This document shows, in pieces, positions 57,588-64,000 of a stretch of 64,000 nt of DNA. The notes under the pieces were generated by a model, which made no database searches, was not told where the DNA came from, and saw only the letters and a program-made list of their open reading frames with translations. How positions within the stretch are numbered: position 1 is the first letter of the stretch; each line of letters begins with the position of its first letter. The position numbers and the translations under genes are program-made. Source of the stretch: the human T2T-CHM13v2.0 reference genome, Homo sapiens; assembly GCF_009914755.1 (NCBI RefSeq), contig NC_060934.1; one strand, given 5' to 3'.

Positions 57588-60500
57588 TTATGGGGAACTG
57601 TGGTGACCTGCTGCTTGTAGAAGTTTTCCCTTAATTGCTGAGATCCTGGGTCTTCTACTGGAAGATAATGAATGGGTTTGTGGCCCAACATTTGTCTCCA
57701 GTTAAGCCTTGGGTAGACGACAAGGGTAACCTAAAAGCAAGGTTGATTCTTGCTTGTGTACACAGGAAGCACAGTTGCTCTGACCAAAGGTAGTGGCAAA
57801 AATGTCTCCACACATAGGTATTTTTCTCAGTGGTGCTGGCTCCTCCAAAGTCAAAGAGGGTACATTGGGTGGGTGAGCTCCCGATGTTCTGACCTAGGTG
57901 AGACTAGAAGAATCCCCTAAAACTGTAGGGCATTTTCTCCTATGACTGCAACAGATGTGCTCTGGCCATAAGCTCTCCACATGCTCTGAATGTTGCCGGG
58001 AACAGTAGTATCTCCCAGCACAGGTGTGGTGCTGACTGTTCCTATTCACTACCTGTGCTCTGGATAGGTGAGCCCCGGGTGCTCTAAGTGTACGCAAGAA
58101 TAGTGGTACCTTCAAGCATAGGTACACTGTCAGATATGTTCTACTCAGGCATTAGCCAGGGATCCCCAGGTATTCCAACAAAAAGTGGGAAGATAAGTAT
58201 TTCCAAATACCGGTATGGTGGTGTCCCTTCTAGCTGTAGATGTGCTCTGATCACAAATGTCCCCAGTGATCTGCGACAAGGAGAAACAGCATTGTCTCCT
58301 CTGGCACCTGTTTTTTCTTAGTGTTATTGTCTTCTCCCATAGTAACTGGTATGCTTTGAATGATAGGGAAGGGGCTTCTGACCATAAGCAGGAAGAAAAC
58401 GGTCCCCCAGGGCAGATTTGCTTTCTGTAGAGTTGGCCTTTCCAGCTGTAACAGGGGATAGAACATGATGCTCAAGTTAAGACTCATCAACAAGAGTAGT
58501 AGTGCTGGGTGTCCTCCTCAGTCCTCAAGCAAGCTGAGTGCTCCAGATGCAGAGCTGGAGCATGAGGCAGCCACGCTTACCCCAAAGCTGCCACTACCCA
58601 CAGGGGATATGGATCCTGTAAAAGTAAATGGGTCTGCAGTGGTGTTGGCTAAAGGCGACTGCTAGGCATCCTGATTAGACTCTAGAGCTAGAAGTAGTAA
58701 CTAAGCCAATGGGGAAAATATCTGGGATGTCATCAAATGCCAGCTAGGTAATGTCAGGGATGCCAAAGGTGGAATATTGGGAAGGCAAACCCTCAGATGG
58801 AGTTATGTGACCAGTAGGGGGCTGTGCTGCAAGGAGGTTAAGTCTGAAGCTTTTGTTGAGAAAGAGCCATCACAGCTGGTGGCTTCAGGCTGCAACTTAC
58901 TAGGGAACCCAACTCTGGACTGAGAGGTGGCTCCTGGAGCAAAGGAAAAGCTAAAACTTGCAGCTGAGCCACTGACTGACTGTACAGGCAGCGGGTGGGT
59001 GCTAAGGCGGAAGTAATGCTGATACTGGGTGGAATGTTCTCAGAACAAGGAAGCACCATGGAAAATGGAAAGAAGCTCTCACTGAAGACTGCAGAAGATA
59101 TGATGGGAAAAGGGAAATCTGGGGAGGGGGCATGGTATGTATATCAGTTCCATCAGCATCAAAGGCAGGCTTGGATGTAGAATCTACAGAGGTGCTGACT
59201 ACTGGAGTGGAGGCTTCTGGAAAGCTGTGCTAGGTAGGCCAGTACAGATAGGGTCACTGGGGAGAATGACTCCTGACTAGCCCCCATCAGGGAACCCAAA
59301 TATGGGCTGAAGGGTGACTCCTGCGCCAAAGAAAAGGCTGAAAGTTGGGGTGGGGCTGTTGACCATGAATGCATATAAGCTGGGGATATCTGCTCCACAT
59401 TACAAATGACCTGGTCAAATGGGAGGGAGCCCAAGTTCATCCCAGAGCCTGAAGGAGACCCGAAGAAGCAGCTTAGCGGGGAATGGCGTTCATGCTAGTC
59501 ACACCAATGTCCAAAGCTGACTGGTGGGTCAAATTTGCAGATGCGCTGGCTGCAGGGGTAGAAGTGACTGGGAAAGCAGAGATGGAATGGCTGGTAAAGT
59601 AGGGGATACTGGCAGAAGTCTGGTGGAGGGGTCTGCATGAGTAAGGTGGAGAATCCACACACATAGGTGTAGGTGACTCTTTGCTGTCAAAGACTTGAAG
59701 GAAGGGTTGAGGTGCTAGAAGGTACAGGGAAGTCAAAATCAGAAGACCCAGCATGTATAACTGGAAAGATATGAATGCAAAGGGCTTCGATGCTTGTTCC
59801 TAAGTGAATTTCCCAAATATGGGCTTGAACTTAAAGAAAGAGATCCACGGGGAGAACAAGAGAAGGAAAGTTAGGAATTGTGCATTTTATTACACAATCG
59901 ATATCTGGTGTGGGGGTAGGTAGAGAGGCAGACAGGATTGGGGCCTGGCAAGCAGGTCAGGCAAGTCAGTAATTGAGAATGTGCCTACAGCTGGAATCTG
60001 CAAATGAAAGTGGCTGAGGGCAGGGAGTGTGCAGTCTCTTCTGAAGACAGAGAGAAAGCACAGGGGGTCTGAGTGGCACTGTAGTCCAAGATGGACTGTT
60101 TTATCCTCCAAGGGGATAATTTTCCATTGGTACTCAGCTTTCTTCTCGAAGCTCAGGTGCCAGCAACAATTATACAAAAACACTTACGGCAAAGGAGCAG
60201 TGGCAGACAGCAGCAGCCCGGGCAGCATTAACAGCCTTGACATTTTCCATTTACAAGGCCTTCAACTCAAGATGTGGGTGGAGAATTCTTCCTTGATGGA
60301 GTCTTTGTTTAGGGTTTCAATTTCTTCCTGGTTCAAACTTGGGAGGTTTTATGTTTCCAGGAATTTATCCATTTCTTCTAGGTTTTCTAGTTTGTATGCA
60401 TAGAGATCTTCATAATCATCTCTGAGGGTTTTTACCTTGACCGTGTCTTTGGAAGCTTTTTCTCTGCATCTTCTTCCCTGGCTCAGCAAGGCTGGGGAGC

Positions 60501-61370
60501 TGGACCCATGGCCGCTTCTAGCACTTCCTGTGCCCATCTCTTGAGCAGCAGGGAGCACGATGCCATAGGCAGAGAGCTCTGCTGCACCTGGATCACTCTG
60601 CAAATGCGCAGAACACCACCAGCAGGGCTGTATGAGCTGGTGATGGGGCCGCCTTTGGTGAAGGAGCTCCTGGGTCCACAGTCTTCATCCAGCACTCCTT
60701 TCTTACCAACGCCGTCTTCTGGGAATTTGGAATTGAGATTTCCCGTCAGAGGCTCAAAATTACGCTGAAGAAAGTGAGGACTCCGGTGGTGTCCAGAGGC
60801 CTAAATGATAATGGTACACTCCCACTGTATGTGGGACCGCTTCTCTTACCGTCCTCCTGTTTTGCTAGGCCTTCCTGGCACTCTCCTAGGGCTCTCAGCT
60901 CATTTTTGAATGGTCAAAAATGTGTGGGTGGGGGATCCTGGATGGCAGTTCACCAGGCAAAGACAGTCAAGTCCATTCGTGCCCTGGAGGAGGAATCTTG
61001 ATTGTTTCTGAGTGGCAAAGAATCTTGTTGCCAACAAACAGCGCTGGCTTCTTGTGAGAGAGGCGCCAAGACACCAAAGGAAGGCTCCGCGGAGAGGAGC
61101 ACTGAGCCTGCTGCATGGGACACTGCTCTCAGGGGTGAAGCCAAACCTAGAACCTGTAGACTCAGGACCCTGGTTTAACAGTTGGTGAACGGGCCGAGGG
61201 CAGGCTCGGCTCAGGGCAGCGGGGTGATGCGGGCCAGACCGCGGAACACAGCAAGCAAGGAGAAGGCACGGCAGAGGCGCAGCTTACTGGGGAGGTCACA
61301 AGAGCAGTTTGCGCCTTCCGCGGCTCTCGGAGTGCTGAGGGAAACTCGCAGAGGTATCCCAGCTGCCCTC
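57588..61370 (-). pseudogene. Intronless NPAP1/NPAP1L-like (POM121-derived nucleoporin retrogene family) pseudogene with many frameshifts and stops
   Basis: Collinear minus-strand peptides resemble recalled NPAP1/POM121. KESPTPMCVDSPP...ASANLTHQSALD (ORF 59473-59754) vs NPAP1 RESPISMCVDSPP...ASAHLTSQTAVD. RPCKWKMSRLLMLP vs RPCKRKMSIPLLLP. HLSFEKKAEYQWKIIPLEDKT vs POM121 [51 protein letters not shown] (61116-60967) vs POM121 IHQAQYSCLGVLPTVCWNGYHKK..TVRIAPP. PFTFTGSISPVGSGSFGVSVA (~58570-58631) vs [21 protein letters not shown]. Likely terminal TAA at 57588-57590; decayed start near 61370. No introns and no N-terminal transmembrane segment seen. Confidence 0.88.
60308..60434 (-). mobile_element. 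127-bp internal L1 ORF2 fragment inserted in the NPAP1-like pseudogene
   Basis: Translates as [40 protein letters not shown], a typical L1 ORF2 segment. Flanked by imperfect 17-bp direct repeats ccttgatggagtctttg (60291-60307) and ccttgaccgtgtctttg (60435-60451). Confidence 0.85.
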
Positions 61371-61560
61371 TCCTCCTCCGAGGCCAGCATGCACTGTCTG
61401 TCGCATGCTTGTGACGCACCACTGGACGCATGACATAGAGCGCGCCAGCAAAGGGCACGAAGAAAATGCGCCAAGGGTCAAAGGCACGGGCGAGGCCCAG
61501 CCCTGGGCCTGTGGAGCCCTCATCAAGCAGGTCCCTCAGACTCCTGCCTGCCGCCGCCAA
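61040..61560. promoter_or_regulatory. CpG-rich 5'/promoter-like region of the NPAP1-like retrocopy
   Basis: About 30 CpGs counted by eye in ~520 bp, in an otherwise CpG-depleted window. CRE-like TGACGCA at 61412-61418 just upstream of the decayed start. Confidence 0.55.
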
Positions 61561-61646
61561 TCAGGCAACACCAGCCTTCCTTTTGGATGATGGAAACAGT
61601 TCTATCTTATTTAAGTTGGTGCTTACGTTTGTTAGAACTTGCCGAA

Positions 61647-61764
61647 CTGAGGATCGCTTGAGCCTGGGAATTTGAGGCTGCAATGAGGTATGAACACGCA
61701 GGTGAATTGCCATTGCACTCCAGCCTGGTAGGTATAGTGAGACCCTGTCTCAACAAACAAAAAA
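61647..61764 (+). mobile_element. Fossil Alu monomer (FAM-like), partial
   Basis: ctgaggatcgcttgagcctggg..gtgaattgccattgcactccagcctgg..gagaccctgtctc plus A-rich tail; contains the FAM/7SL-type gtgaa.agcca segment. Confidence 0.7.
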
Positions 61765-62399
61765 CGTACCGACTGTATACAGCAAATGGGTGCCTTTATT
61801 TTATGTAAAATTTACCATTAAAGGGTTAATTTGAAAAACATTTGATGCAGGAGATGCAGCCTATCATTTCAAAATCATTGGTTTATGGGTAGATTTGTTA
61901 CACAGATGAAACTGACAAAAATCCAGCAAACAAGGGTAAAGCCTGTTGATAACTGTTCTGGGTTTATAAGACATTTTAGAAGATTCAGTCAGAAAAGATT
62001 AATGCCCATGTAGTGGCATGGCAGGCAATGGGAAGAGAGGATAGCTAGGCAAGACAAGGAAAACAACACAGCAAGTGGAAGAGGTTTTGTGAACATATAC
62101 ACCAAGGTGGCTGGCCCTTCTCAGAGCATCCACTCCTACCTCCACGGAGAAGGCTATGGAGAATAACATCCCAACTCCTGATACACATGCTTAGACGGAG
62201 GGGTCCTGACTCAGGCTAGATTAATCTAATTTCTTTCTAGATTGAGCTAATCAGCACACAGAGATAACAGTTCAGTTCTTAGAGAGAATCACTTATGGGT
62301 GGGGCTGTCTTGGCTTCTTTAAGCTAGCAAGTCCCTGGACACTAGTTTACCAAGATACCCTCCCTACCACCACCAATACTGATAGGTCAGGGCTCAGGA

Positions 62400-64000
62400 C
62401 ACTGTCTCCTCCAGATTGACAACGTGCTAAAACAAACCAAAATCAATATTCTCCAGAAGAGTTTTTAAAGGACCCAGGGTCTCATAGCATATTATTCAAA
62501 ATATCCAGGACATAATCCCAAATTACTCATTATACAATGAATTAGCAAAATCTAATATTCAGCAGGTGCACACCCTGAGATGACACAACTGCTAAAATTA
62601 TGAAAAAAGACTTTAGAGAAGCTATCATATTTGATAAACCAAGCTGGTTAAGAAAAAAAACAAATAAGGAAGCCACCATAACTATGTTCCATGATGTAAA
62701 GATGATAATTGTTAGAAAAAATGGAAAAATAAAACTTCCCAACGAAGAAACAGTATTAATGGCTATAATTCATGGTTTATTTTACCCTCCTTAATGGCAC
62801 AGTTAGACTTCATTTCCCAGCCTTCCTCCTTACAGTTAGATGTGACTGTGCAACTAAGTGGGAACTAAATAATGGGTAGATATAGGCAAATGAAGGATAA
62901 GAAATTACTTAGTGGGTACAATATACACTATTTGAGTGATGTATGCTAAAATCCCAGACTTTACCATGATGCAATATATCCATGTAACAAAACTGCATTT
63001 GTACCCCCTAAATCTATACATGCAAAAAATAAGATAAATGGCAAATTTAAGCATGCTTTCTTGAAGAAAAATGATTTGAATAATACAGTAGATATGCTTG
63101 ATTCAATAAATATTGATCTTTTTATTTTACAAAGAACACAATTTTTAAAAAGCTTGAATTATTAAAAAGAACTGATGATGCATTAGGCCTGATAATTTCC
63201 AAGTAGATATAAAATAAACCTGTGTACTGAAGAAAATGTCAAGATGTTGTTAATTAAATAGTAAGTGAAAAAGAAGAGCGAAAACATCTATTATCCTGGA
63301 ACATTTTTTAAATCATTTTAAATAATTAAGTTAAATTTGAAATCAAATAGAAATTAAAACTGGTTTTAAATTGATAAAAATAACTGTACTATATATAAAC
63401 AACCAAAATGACATATTCACTAGGAAAAGAATATAAAAAGTGAAGTAACTATTTTTTAGCTTAATAAGATAGAAAAATAGCAACAAAATGAACAACAAAT
63501 ATTAGATGATGGAAATTAGTGGTAAAATATTAGCAAAAAATAACAAAATGGAAAATAAAAGGTAGAATTGATCAACAATATCAAAAGTTCCTTTTCTGAA
63601 AATCAAAAACTTCAATAGAAAAAGATTTGATAGAACCAATCAACATGTATAATGGACAAGAAAATAGTATCCCGAATGCCTAAAGTATACCAAACAATCT
63701 TGCAGAAAATAGGCAAAGGATATCAACAAAGAATTTATAAAAGAAAATAAAAAGGAGAGATATATTTATCATTAGATTATCAAATATTTAAAAAGTATTT
63801 ATAATATAAAGAGATAGTATGGTAAAAAATAATACTCATAGCTGAATTTTAGATTTCCATTTTGTGTTAATTAAAAATGAAATTCACAGTTTAGTTCTTT
63901 CAAATCTACTGTATACTCCTAAAGAAACAGATCCACATGGAGGAATGCAAAATTATTTAGGGCAGCATTGCTTATGATAAAATATTTTGAAATTTTTATA
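62400..64000 (+). mobile_element. Mixed old L1 fragments, including an L1MA 3' end at ~62870-63030
   Basis: aaattacttagtgggtacaat..atatatccatgtaacaaaactgcatttgtacccc, plus A-rich degenerate ORF1/ORF2. Confidence 0.65.

Noticed and set aside
60349-60603. Apparent NPAP1-L1 ORF2 fusion ORF
   Set aside because: It is a by-product of the L1 fragment and nearby frameshifts, ends in a premature TAA, and has no supported start.
61162-61560. 132-aa minus-strand ORF and overlapping GC-rich ORFs
   Set aside because: It starts in the promoter-like region and only partly runs through the decayed N-terminus of the retrocopy. Long ORFs are expected at high GC, and no intact product is supported.
61647-61764. 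Possible 7SL RNA gene
   Set aside because: It is a partial, diverged Alu-monomer sequence lacking the S domain.

Overview
AT-rich, repeat-dominated primate genomic DNA. AluJ/S/Y plus an SVA element indicate a hominoid, probably human. No intact protein-coding gene, RNA gene or CRISPR array is supported; the ORF track is mostly repeat-derived or random. The one gene-derived feature is an intronless, decayed NPAP1-family (POM121-derived) retrogene on the minus strand (~57.2-61.4 kb). It keeps a CpG-rich 5' region, carries a tail-less TSD-flanked L1 ORF2 fragment, and has an apparently expanded C-terminal 'GQS/NT' module. The rest is nested transposon fossils: near-complete Tigger4 (Zombi) and Tigger1 transposons, an internally deleted L1MA with intact TSDs inside Tigger1, a 5'-truncated SVA_A-like element, solo LTRs, old L1/L2/MIR fragments and Alus. 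The most unusual structure is a ~340 bp inverted copy of an Alu plus both flanks, with fold-back junctions (46.2-47.8 kb). I do not see convincing evidence for a new biological system. Family and homology calls come from recalled consensus and protein sequences, not database searches, and boundaries of old repeats are approximate.
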